Below, piece by piece: positions 8,815-18,700 of a DNA stretch of 25,010 nucleotides. Position numbers and translations under genes: made by a program. How positions within the stretch are numbered: position 1 is the stretch's first letter; every line of letters starts with the position of its first letter. Under the pieces are notes generated by a model that was not told the origin of the DNA, ran no database searches, and saw only the letters and a program-made list of their open reading frames with translations. The stretch comes from a virus: the UHGV virus genome UHGV-0271208. One strand, 5' to 3'.

Positions 8815-9141
8815 TTATAACCGGCCATGCGTGCCGGAATTCTTATCTCTGGTCGCTGGGAATTTTTTGTAAAGCGTAGATATCCCAACATCATAAATTA
8901 TGGCAACCCTCCGGCGCGATTCCCCTGCCGCTATTAACCTACCCGCCTGCGCCCATTGTTCTGGTGTAAGTTTGGGACGTCGTCCACCAATTCGTCCCTG
9001 TGCGCGAGCAGCTTCCAGGCCAGCTTTTGTTCGTTCAACAATCAGTTCTCGCAGGGTCTGAACGTAAGGCGAATCCTGGGAGTCGGTTCTTACTGCATCC
9101 TTTTCACTGGGGCTTGATGGGCCCAAGCGTGGATCACTCAC
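8815..9141 (-). pseudogene. Truncated serine DNA invertase (Cin/Gin/Hin/Pin family); C-terminal HTH part only
   Basis: 108-aa ORF with RELIVERTKAGLEAARAQGRIGGRRPKLTPEQWAQAGRLIAAG...VAIIYDVGISTLYKKFPA, which matches the C-terminal half of Hin/Gin-type invertases. The ORF begins at GTG and no catalytic N-terminal domain is found in any frame upstream (9141-9524). Confidence 0.7.
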
Positions 9142-9524
9142 GCGTCAGTGAGTGGAGCGCGTGTCTCAATAATGACCTCGAGCGTTTTGTCGATATTTTG
9201 GAGAGTCAGATTGAGCTCAGTAAGAGCCGCAATGAGTGGAAGGAGGTTATCTCCGCCGCCACCATAGCCAATGCCTCCACAGCTCTGGATTGGGGGATGG
9301 TTCACGAGGTTGCCGCCGCCACTTACCCGCAGGCACCCGGCACATACTGGTGGATTAACTGTTAACATAATTACCTCTCAAATTTAAATTGGGCAGAGAT
9401 GCCAGCATCCAGGCTCGCGCCTGGACGATTGTCTGATGATGAAAAGTGCAGTTTAATCTGTGGCTGGATTATCTGGATGCACTGGAGCTGGTTGATACCT
9501 CCAGTGCGCCAGATATTGAATGGC

Positions 9525-9935
9525 CTACTCCTCCGGCAGTTCAGGCCAGATGACATCCGGTGCGGTGCTGGTATCTGTTGCCGTCACAGCGTCGATATAA
9601 TCCAGCACAGCGTTAAGTCGGGTAGTTTCTTCTTGCGTCAGTTTACGCCCGGCCTGCAGCTTTAACTGAATCACGCTGATATTGACCATTGCTGCGTCTA
9701 ACAGCGACTGTTTTTTCTGTTCAGCATCAGCTACCAGTTCATCATGAGAACGTTCCGGAGGGAGCGGCGCAGTAAATACCCCGTCTGAATACCCCCAGCC
9801 AATTCCGGGATGCTCACTGATATCAGAAATATCAATGAGCTGCTGATTATCCGGCACTGTGAATTCAGCCTCGCCATCCCAGACAATGACATTCACAACC
9901 ATCTCATTTTCAATAACTGCATATGACGCATTCAT
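9525..9935 (-). CDS. Tail fibre assembly protein (Tfa; P1 U / P2 G-like)
   Basis: ORF 9525-9959; the likely start is ATG 9935, overlapping the fibre stop as TAATG, giving MNASYAVIENE. The C-terminal APDVIWPELPEE resembles tail-fibre chaperones. Confidence 0.85.
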   Translation of the reverse strand: MNASYAVIENEMVVNVIVWDGEAEFTVPDNQQLIDISDISEHPGIGWGYSDGVFTAPLPPERSHDELVADAEQKKQSLLDAAMVNISVIQLKLQAGRKLTQEETTRLNAVLDYIDAVTATDTSTAPDVIWPELPEE

Positions 9936-12649
9936 TATGCAAACTCCTCGATAATACAAATCCCATCAGCACCTTTCCCGCCTGTCATACTGGTTCCGCT
10001 ATAACCGGCATCGTATGCGCCACCGCCACCTGAACCATATGCCTTACCACTAACACCACCGCCAGCGCCTGCGCGTCCACCGCCCCCCCAGTACGATGTT
10101 CCGCCTTCACCGCTGACGCCGATATTTCCGGACTGACCGTCGCCACCATTTCCACCAGTGATGCTGATATCGCCAGTACTCGGCACACCTCCGTTACCGC
10201 CGTTTGTGTTTGTGGTTCCTACTTTTCCGGCACCTTCGCCACCGATAGCAATTAACGATGCGAACGAACTATAGCCGCCATTAAGGCCGTAATTTGCTCC
10301 AATACCACCGGCTCCACCTGCGCCGATAGTGACTGGATAACTATTCTGTGTCGGGGTCATTATTGAAATTATTGTTCCACCGGCCCCGCCGCCAGCACCG
10401 AAAAACGTTTCATTATTGGATATAGCCTGGCAGCCGCCCCCACCACCACCGCCACCCGTTATTGTGACCCTGATCCGTTTTGTTCCTGGGGTTGGGGTAT
10501 ACGTACCTGATGAAGTGAAAACCTGGGTATTCACCAAACGCCCAACATATCCGCTTGAATCGCTCAGGCCAAGGTTAGCAGCAGTTAAAGTAATATTTGC
10601 AGAACCATCAAACTTAACACCGTTGATAGTGCGTGCAGTCTGTAGTTTCGTTGCGGTTGCGGCATTACCGGTAGTGCTCTGATTACCTGCTTTATTCACG
10701 CCCGGCAGGTCGATATTGGCACTACCATCGAACGACACTCCGCCGATTGTGCGTGCTGTTTGCAGTTTTGTGGCGGTGGATGCATTACCTGTCAAAGATC
10801 CACTAAGAGCCACGGCACTAAGAGACTTAACACTTACATCCTGACCCCATCCGGAAACAACAACCTGACTCCACGCTGCCCAGCTTCCATTAACAACAAA
10901 GCGAACGTATATACGTTTTGTGTCGCTGTTAATCAGCGTTTGCATGTTCGCATAATCTGATCCCGTAGTCTTACGAATCGACTCTACACGAACCAAAAAG
11001 TTACCGCTTACGCCGTCAGGCTTATTGGTAATATTTGCACCACCTGCGACAGTTTTGCATTGATAGTATTTAACGGATCCAGCTTCTGTATTAGCAATAA
11101 TCAAGTCGTTTAAATCAATAGTCCGGCCGTCAATGGCTTCCGGCTCGATGGCTCCTGCTATCCCGGCACTGAATGTGGCAGCGGCTGAAAACGCTGTCTT
11201 ACCTTTGAAAGTCTGTTGAGAACTCCAGGTATTAGCTGTGCTCAACAGGGGGATCTTTTCGCCGCTGGTTCCGATTTCTCTTAAACCAAGGTATTGGATA
11301 ACAGCCAGTGTGCTTGTTTTAGCCAGGATATCGCGACCGACTGACGTTAAATCAGTCTGGGAAACAGTGTCTGTACCGGTAAAGTACGGCAATTTATTTG
11401 CGCCTGTCGCAAGACCAGCAAGCGCGGTTAAAGTTGCATCCAGAGGCTGTTTGCCTGCCAGCGCATTTGTCATTGTTGTCGCAAAGTTCGGGTCATTGCC
11501 CAGTGCTGCTGCAAGCTCATTCAGGGTATCAAGAGCTTCAGGTGATGAGCCGACCAATGCAGAGATAGCAGCTCTTACATAAGCGGTCGTAGCAATCTGC
11601 GTGTTATTCGTACCCTGTGCAGCGGTAGGCGCAGTAGGTATTCCCGTTAATGCAGGACTTGCTAAAGGAGCTTTAAGAGCCAGAGCATTGTTGATAGTTG
11701 TGCTGAAATTCGGGTCGTTATTGATCGCAGCAGCTATTTCTTTAAGCGTATCCAGAGTGCCAGGTGCACCGTTGATAAGTGCCGTTATAGCTGCCTTAAC
11801 AAAGGCTGTATTTGCGATCTGCGTGCTGTTTGTACCTTGCGCTGCCGTCGGCGCGGTTGGCGTTCCTGTCAGACTCGGGCTTTCTATTGGCGCTTTGGTA
11901 TCAGCCAGCTCTTTTACAGACTTAACGGCTTTAGGGGTAGCCGCCATTGTTTCGCTGTCGCTGTTAGTTGCGCTACTGAGCTGAACTAATCCCTTTTGTG
12001 TTGTGCTTGCATCCTGCGCCGTATACTTGCTTTTAGCCAGATCGTAGGCTTTTTTAACCGCCAGCGAACTTGCAGCGACATCACTTCTGGTACTGGTTAC
12101 AGAGTCGGAAATTTCAATGCCTATCGCGAGATCGATGCGGTCGGATACATCTATCATTTCCTTAGTAATAGCAGATACGCCAGCAGGGATATTCACCGTA
12201 CAAACAAGCAGTTCTCCATCTCCTAACTGATATGAATCGGTATAGGTTCTGGCAACAAATTCAGCCGCATGAATATGTGACGCGGTATTAACCTGATAAG
12301 AATCTTCTCCAAGGAGGTATCTTCCCTTCAGCACAATTGCATATTTCTTACCTGCGCTAAGTGCAAGAGAAATATCCTTACGCTGCTGAATAGTTACCTG
12401 GTAGAATTCACCAATATTCACTGACGCCGCGCCAGCGGTTTTATCACCATCCACTGAGGTGATTAACAGGTTCATCCCACCGCCAGGCTTAGGAAAAAAA
12501 CCGGCATAAAATCCAGGGTCAACAATTCCCCTGAATTTTCGGTTTAGCGCGGCTGACAGATATGGTTCGTGGTATTGCACATCAGCCACCAGAGCCAACG
12601 ACTCGGGTGATGGGTAAGTAACCGATGTGACAACTGTAACGTCATTCAT
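9935..12649 (-). CDS. Long tail fibre protein (P1 S-like) with Gly-rich C-terminal domain
   Basis: Contains repeated tail-fibre motifs (GLVQLSSATNSDSETMAATPKAVKSV, TGTPTAPTAAQGTNSTQIANTAFV, ALDTLNELAAALGNDPNF) and a C-terminal Gly-rich domain including GGGGGGGG. Likely start MNDVTVV at 12649 with AAGGA SD; the ORF track extends to 12736. Confidence 0.85.
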   Translation of the reverse strand: MNDVTVVTSVTYPSPESLALVADVQYHEPYLSAALNRKFRGIVDPGFYAGFFPKPGGGMNLLITSVDGDKTAGAASVNIGEFYQVTIQQRKDISLALSAGKKYAIVLKGRYLLGEDSYQVNTASHIHAAEFVARTYTDSYQLGDGELLVCTVNIPAGVSAITKEMIDVSDRIDLAIGIEISDSVTSTRSDVAASSLAVKKAYDLAKSKYTAQDASTTQKGLVQLSSATNSDSETMAATPKAVKSVKELADTKAPIESPSLTGTPTAPTAAQGTNSTQIANTAFVKAAITALINGAPGTLDTLKEIAAAINNDPNFSTTINNALALKAPLASPALTGIPTAPTAAQGTNNTQIATTAYVRAAISALVGSSPEALDTLNELAAALGNDPNFATTMTNALAGKQPLDATLTALAGLATGANKLPYFTGTDTVSQTDLTSVGRDILAKTSTLAVIQYLGLREIGTSGEKIPLLSTANTWSSQQTFKGKTAFSAAATFSAGIAGAIEPEAIDGRTIDLNDLIIANTEAGSVKYYQCKTVAGGANITNKPDGVSGNFLVRVESIRKTTGSDYANMQTLINSDTKRIYVRFVVNGSWAAWSQVVVSGWGQDVSVKSLSAVALSGSLTGNASTATKLQTARTIGGVSFDGSANIDLPGVNKAGNQSTTGNAATATKLQTARTINGVKFDGSANITLTAANLGLSDSSGYVGRLVNTQVFTSSGTYTPTPGTKRIRVTITGGGGGGGGCQAISNNETFFGAGGGAGGTIISIMTPTQNSYPVTIGAGGAGGIGANYGLNGGYSSFASLIAIGGEGAGKVGTTNTNGGNGGVPSTGDISITGGNGGDGQSGNIGVSGEGGTSYWGGGGRAGAGGGVSGKAYGSGGGGAYDAGYSGTSMTGGKGADGICIIEEFA

Positions 12650-12660
12650 CAAGCATATCC

Positions 12661-13095
12661 TTATGCTGTAGTCGTGTTTATGGCCATAACTGCGGTATAT
12701 GTTTTGCCCACATACAGCGAGTCTTCCTGGACACAAATAATGGCGATTGGCTTGTTCTCGTTATCCAGAACAACCAGAGTGTTGAATGGGTAGTTTTTCC
12801 CTTTCTGCAACTGGCTTTGATCAAGGTCCATTCGGACAGTAATTATCCCGCCTGAGTAGGTTGGGACGAGGTTGATGGTGCAAAATTTACTGGTCAGTTC
12901 TGCCAGCTCGAAAGCCTTTGGCAGTTCTCCAATCTCATAAGTGCCATCTCCTTTCTTAGTAACCAGTGAACTGGTACCGAAAACGGCCTTGCTGATTAAA
13001 AATCGAGAGCCTTTGTTAATGGACGATTCAGCGCGCCGCTGATAGTAATAGTCCAACAACTGACTCTTATAGAGGTTTGTTGAGACGTCAGACAT
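12661..13095 (-). CDS. Tail-fibre-associated structural protein (position of P1 R)
   Basis: 144-aa ORF ending 12 nt before the fibre start. Assignment is by gene order only. Confidence 0.55.
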   Translation of the reverse strand: MSDVSTNLYKSQLLDYYYQRRAESSINKGSRFLISKAVFGTSSLVTKKGDGTYEIGELPKAFELAELTSKFCTINLVPTYSGGIITVRMDLDQSQLQKGKNYPFNTLVVLDNENKPIAIICVQEDSLYVGKTYTAVMAINTTTA

Positions 13096-13173
13096 GATTT
13101 TCCCTAATCAATGTTGTGAAGCCTCATTGTAAGAGAAGTAACTTGTCACCCCGCCCTGCGGACGGGGTGATTG

Positions 13174-14013
13174 TCAGGCGTCGCTATCCAGCAACAAATC
13201 ATCTGCGCGTGTGCGATCAAACGTAGGTGTCGCTTTCACAATAGTGCCACCAGGCGTTGCGGTGATCGGGGCGCTAATCGACGTAACTCCAGTAAGCGAA
13301 GTTGTATCCGAAGTTTCAAACCAGCAGTACGCTTTTTCGGTATCAGAAATCTCGTTCAAAGTGATCATGTCGGCCTGTTCATTCACAACAACCGACAAAT
13401 AGAGCGTAAGCCCATCAAACACTATATGCAGTGGCAGTAGAGGCTTTACGAACTGATTAAACTTTCTGAGAATTTCTTCTGTAATTGCGGACTGATCTAT
13501 CGTGCCAGTAATACCCATTGTCCGGGCCAGGTCGTTTATGGGAATACTGATCATCCCTCTGGAAGTCAGAAACATCTCACCGAATGTGCCGCCGGTAGTT
13601 TCCAGTGTGCTTTCTGGTATTAGAACTGTGCCATAGGGATGACGTTCAAGGTCCACCGGTGCATATATCGGATCCCATAAAACAGAAATACCATTAAATT
13701 CGCGGTAAATTGTCTGGTTTATAGGGCGTTCAGTCCCCTTAAAGTGAATCTCATCAAGCCGCTGTTGTAACAACATCGGAACGGAAGATGAGTTTGAGGT
13801 TCTGATAGTAAAGAACTGGCCAAGTTCATTTGTCCTGGTCTCCAGATCCTCCTTGCTCATGGAAAAAATAGACTTCCGGTTGGTAATTCGCTCCAACCAT
13901 GGGTCAACAAAGGTGTCCATCATTGACTGAACCAAATCAGCCAATGATTTATAGAGCAATGACTTTTGCTTAGCTGATGTAAGCCGATTATTAAACCAGG
14001 AACGTTGCATCAC
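13174..14013 (-). CDS. Baseplate or tail structural protein (position of P1 gene 16)
   Basis: 279-aa ORF whose start overlaps the upstream stop by 4 nt. Assignment is by gene order. Confidence 0.55.
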   Translation of the reverse strand: MMQRSWFNNRLTSAKQKSLLYKSLADLVQSMMDTFVDPWLERITNRKSIFSMSKEDLETRTNELGQFFTIRTSNSSSVPMLLQQRLDEIHFKGTERPINQTIYREFNGISVLWDPIYAPVDLERHPYGTVLIPESTLETTGGTFGEMFLTSRGMISIPINDLARTMGITGTIDQSAITEEILRKFNQFVKPLLPLHIVFDGLTLYLSVVVNEQADMITLNEISDTEKAYCWFETSDTTSLTGVTSISAPITATPGGTIVKATPTFDRTRADDLLLDSDA

Positions 14014-15443
14014 TCCTCCTCATACGAAATATTAAAGGTGGAGTTTTCTGTATCCAGATAAACGAAATCGTAAAAGCCGTTGGACTCATTCCACTCGACA
14101 AATTCCAGATAAAAGTCGCGGAAATAACCCAGCGTTTCGATAAATGCCCAAACGTCTTTTTTCTTGATCAGGATGTACTTGCCGACACCGTTCGGATCAA
14201 AGAAATTTGAGTCGCGCCCAAATTTTGTTTCCAGTGCCGACTTCAACTCATCAGTCACGTTCTCAATAGTCAGGCTTGCCGATATCCGCCCGGTGATGGT
14301 TATCTTAAATGGTAGTTTTCTGACCTCTTTATAAGAGAATTTCTTGTTCAGTTCATTCGGTACCTTCTTAAAGGCAGTCAGGATCATTTCTTCAAGCTCT
14401 GACTGGCTTTTATTTGGATGCCATCCTGAAATAAATATCTTATTGATATTCTGAACATTATAAGCACCATCTAATTTCTCTTGCTGGCCTTCGCCCCATG
14501 CCTTTACCCAGGACAGCCCAGGGATGTTACGAACCAGAAAATACGTATAGTCCCCGCCCCATACGACCTGATCATCATAGGCAAGGTAATATTGTGCACG
14601 GTTACGTGTGATCTCCGTTGTTTCAGCATCGGTACCTGCGGTTATAGGTGTCGTTGTCTTAACTGAAATCAAATTAGCTAAATTAGCCGCAGAATCGACA
14701 GGCGTCAGGTTTTGGCCAGCAACCAGGGTTATATCGCCGTTGGTGCACCATACCTTAAGCGTAATTGTCGAACCTTCTGGCGGTATTTGCCCAATTAGCC
14801 CATCGCCGAATCGAACCCCCAACTGCTCGGATGGTTTATAAAACTCAACGTAGACCTGGCTTTTACTACCGGCTAACCGGAACATAGTGCTGGAAGACCA
14901 CTGCGTGGTCTTACCATCGGTCGTCACGAATACTTCCAGCTTATAGCAGACAGCAGTAAGAGCCTTTGATAACACGACTTCCAGAAATTCTTTGGCTGCC
15001 GTAACGGTATATGTCACCTCCTGGATTTCCAACTGTGCCACTTCTACCGTACCGGTGCCGTCAACCAACCTGCATACATCCATAGTCATGTAAGGGTACT
15101 GGTCGTCAGATATTAAAGGCATGTTTTTGGGGATTACCGCTGGAGCATCTTCACTTGTGGCGGTGATCTCAATCATCCCCGATGACGGTGTTGGCTTGGT
15201 ACCAACGTAACTATTCGTTTCTGCCGCTGCCAGGATAGAGGAACGCCGCGTCGCGGTCGATATAAAGCCTTCAGCCAGCGCCGCATCGGCATACTGAAAG
15301 CACCTGTAGACAATCTGGGTAATAAACAATGTCAGCATCGAGACAAATTGAGAGCCGACAAACTTCGACCAGAATGAATCTTTCTCGACAAGCTCTTCAA
15401 ACTCTGCACGAATACTGTCTTTAGTCGGTGTTGTTTTACTCAT
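14010..15443 (-). CDS. Baseplate protein (position of P1 bplA)
   Basis: 477-aa ORF translationally coupled to both neighbours by 4-nt overlaps. Assignment is by gene order. Confidence 0.55.
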   Translation of the reverse strand: MSKTTPTKDSIRAEFEELVEKDSFWSKFVGSQFVSMLTLFITQIVYRCFQYADAALAEGFISTATRRSSILAAAETNSYVGTKPTPSSGMIEITATSEDAPAVIPKNMPLISDDQYPYMTMDVCRLVDGTGTVEVAQLEIQEVTYTVTAAKEFLEVVLSKALTAVCYKLEVFVTTDGKTTQWSSSTMFRLAGSKSQVYVEFYKPSEQLGVRFGDGLIGQIPPEGSTITLKVWCTNGDITLVAGQNLTPVDSAANLANLISVKTTTPITAGTDAETTEITRNRAQYYLAYDDQVVWGGDYTYFLVRNIPGLSWVKAWGEGQQEKLDGAYNVQNINKIFISGWHPNKSQSELEEMILTAFKKVPNELNKKFSYKEVRKLPFKITITGRISASLTIENVTDELKSALETKFGRDSNFFDPNGVGKYILIKKKDVWAFIETLGYFRDFYLEFVEWNESNGFYDFVYLDTENSTFNISYEEE

Positions 15444-15799
15444 AGCACCACGTCCTGTGTGATAGTTATATCCCTGATACGAATGGATATTTTCAACTTA
15501 TCAAAAGCATCTCCCTCGGCTACTGACAAGCCAGAAATCGGTATGTCAGGTAAATCTACCGTCAGTTTTTGCAACAGCATTGCCTCAACCGCAATTTGAA
15601 CATGCGACAAGTTGGTCGGTTCGTGTTTAAACTGCGGTAAAACATTGCCCCATGACGGATCTCCGTATACCTCACCCTGATAAGTGTTTAGCCACTCATA
15701 TAAACGAGCGCCCCAGGCCTCCTCCTGGGACTCATACGTTTTTACGCCGGATAACTCCAGCGTCAGCAAAGGATCAATTTCGTTATTGTTGGCCATCAA
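15440..15799 (-). CDS. Small morphogenetic protein (position of P1 pmgA)
   Basis: 119-aa ORF overlapping the stop of the Sit-like gene by 4 nt. Confidence 0.55.
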   Translation of the reverse strand: MMANNNEIDPLLTLELSGVKTYESQEEAWGARLYEWLNTYQGEVYGDPSWGNVLPQFKHEPTNLSHVQIAVEAMLLQKLTVDLPDIPISGLSVAEGDAFDKLKISIRIRDITITQDVVL

Positions 15800-18700
15800 T
15801 CAACTCTCGCGTAGTCATTCATCAACGGATCATCAATTGACAGTGGTACCGTGCGCATAACGCCCGGCTGAGGCGTGCTGACCTTTACGACAGTTCCCTG
15901 GCCTTTCGCCGAGTCTTTGGTGTGCTCTTCAATCCTGGCAAGCAATGAGGTCATCTGCGCAAACAGCCGCTTCGTTTCACCATCAAGTGAAACGGTATTA
16001 TCAGCCAACTGCATTGTCGGCTTGGCACCGGAACCGCCAAGGTCACTAATAACCTGCCCGTCTATCTGCATACGACCGGTTGGTTGCTGCAAATCGTTGG
16101 CGGCAGTCGTCACCTTGGACGTGGAGGCTGGTTCAGTCGCATTATTTTTCCGCATCCCCGGCGAGTTGCGGAGTTTATCGAATAGTCCATCAATCCCCAT
16201 TTGTGCGCCGAGTTGGTCAAAGTAACTTGAGTTGCTGGCCACCGGACGCGCCTCTTCAACTGGCATCGGAGTATCAACATACACATTGCCAGCTGCTGTT
16301 GCGGTCCCCTTCCCTCGTGCACGTTCTTCGAGCGTTCCCTGAACGACTTCCCGACGCATACCCCGGCCATTCATGAATTTGTTGACCAGATCGTTAACGC
16401 CAACAGCATTGCCGATTTTGTCTACCAGACCGCCTTTCTCAAACGGGCTATCACCAGGGGTAAACGCCAGGCCAGTAGACTGATCGATAACAGCGTTATC
16501 AGGCAGTGGTCCCCTCACTCCATATTGCGCCCCACCCTGTGCTCCTGCTCCAGGTGTATAGATTTCACCACCTAAATAGCGAGCACGATGAGTATTGACC
16601 TTGATCGCGTACTCACGGTTTTCTTTCGATAAGTCACCTGTGCCTTTTTTCCACTTATTGATAGTGCCAAACCCAGCGTTATATGCAGTGATGGCCTCGT
16701 TTAAGTCTCCATTGGCTTGCTTCAGATACTTGCTCATGAGAAGAGCCGCAGCTTCTGCCGATTTCACAGGATCAAACGATTCACCTTCAGCTAAGCCAGT
16801 CTCTTCACGAGCAATCCCCGTGAACTGAAACATTCCCAGAGCACCGGTTTGGGATTTTGCATACGGATTACCACCAGATTCAGTTGCAGCAATCGCGTAA
16901 AGAGTGCCTTCTGGAAGACCATATTTATTCTCTAGTTCAGCAAAATACGGAGCCAACTTATCGAGATTTGCCTTACCTTCAGATCCAAGACTTCCGACTT
17001 TTACATCCAAGCGGCCATTGTTGTAGGTATCCGCAGCTTTCTGAATGTCATTCCTGGTGCCAGTGGAATTAAGCGACGATGATGACGAGCTATTTTGACC
17101 AATAGCTTTATCAATTTTCTGCAACGCGCTATTGCCCGTTTCTACGGCATTTGCATTGATAATCTGATTCGCAGTTTCTTTAACTGTTTTATTGCTATCT
17201 TTCGCCGTGTCCAGTGCCGCATTTATCACGCGGGTAACAATATTAGTCTGTTTGGCATCGGATTCAGTTTTAGAATCAGATGTCTCCTGGTGGCTATTAA
17301 CCGGAGCTTTTAACTCTGGAGTGATTTCTTTCGCATTAGCCTCGCCGATCGGATTGGGTATTTTTGATACAATCATTGCCGCAGGGGTATTTTTAACGGC
17401 ATCAACCGCTGCATCTAATGCTTTACCAGGTAAATTTTTAACCCCATCCCAAATATTACCAGCCGCCTCTTTAATGTGTTTCCCTGGGTTCTTAATGAAA
17501 TCAATTGCACTATCAATTGCATCACTGAAAACCTGTTTCAGGTTATCAACAGTAAAGAAGTCTTTGATGGCATCCAGCTTTTCAAGCAGCTTATTAGATG
17601 TATCGCTAAACCATGCTGAAACAGCATCACCAATCTTTGCTGTGTAATCTTCGAACTTGGTAGAAATGGTGTCGCCAAGGTTAGAAATATATGTTTCTAA
17701 GTTGGTAATCCCACTATCAATGGCCTGGGCAATACTTTCCGTCGAAAATGATTGCAACATATTGCCGATATCCTCAAATCCAAGTGATTTGAGAACCTCA
17801 CCAATGGCGCTGCTAATACCAGATACCAGTCCCCCCATATCAAGAACATTGGCTAACGTATAAGCGGCTTTTTGCTGGAATGATGGATCTTGTCCTGATT
17901 TAAGCCCAAACGCTCGACGTTGCGCTTCTGTATCATTCCAACCGGTTACCGCATCATAAATACCTCCAGCCACTGTGCCGACTAAGGGAATTGCGCGTAA
18001 CGCCCCTTTACCAACTGCCTTTAATCCAAGTTTACCTGCTGCCCGGGCAGCCAAATCTCCACCTTCATGGGCGATAGTCTTCTTGCCACCACCGCGTAGC
18101 ATTCCTACAAGTTTCTTTGCCCCCAGAGCGCCAAAAGCGAGTGCTCCAGCTTTTTTCAGCATGCCACGCCCCATTAACAACGACGCGACGCCACCGGCCC
18201 CCTTCCCTAACAGGCTAAATAGTTTGGACAGCAAGCCGCCCTTCTTTTTCCCGGTGTTTTTGGCTATCTGATCAAGGGCGCTGAGAATCTTGTCATTGCC
18301 CTCTTTAATTTCGCTGGTCTGCTCCTGAAGTTCCTGAACTGTCCGTTTTTGGGTGTTAACCTGAACGACATCGGCACTATTTTGCGATTTACGCCTAAAA
18401 AAACCTTTTCTACGGCTGTTATCGTCATTGCCACGAATCACATCGGCAATAGACTTTCTGGCACCATTAAGCGATCCACCAACTTCTTTTGATATCCCGC
18501 CAAGCTCCTTCCCTGCTGCCCACAATGGACCAGCAACGGCATAACCTAACGCATCAACGGCACGAGTCTCTGAAGGGTTACCTATGCCTTCAGCTACTTT
18601 TGACAGTTTTTTTAATAAACCTGATTCAGCATTTAGACGCTCATCATCCTCTTTGCGCCTGGCCTTTTCAGCACGTTCAGCACGGGCATCTTCCGCTGCG

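Noticed and set aside
9000-9665. Plus-strand ORFs (121 and 88 aa) across the invertase remnant and Tfa end
   Set aside because: They overlap better-supported minus-strand features; no Tfa-like or fibre-like sequence is present, so they are not intact alternative fibre genes.
17192-17647. 151-aa plus-strand ORF inside the Sit-like gene (and similar ones at 15875-16376 and 18986-19513)
   Set aside because: Antisense shadows of the long minus-strand CDS; the 18986-19513 ORF merely mirrors the intragenic duplication.
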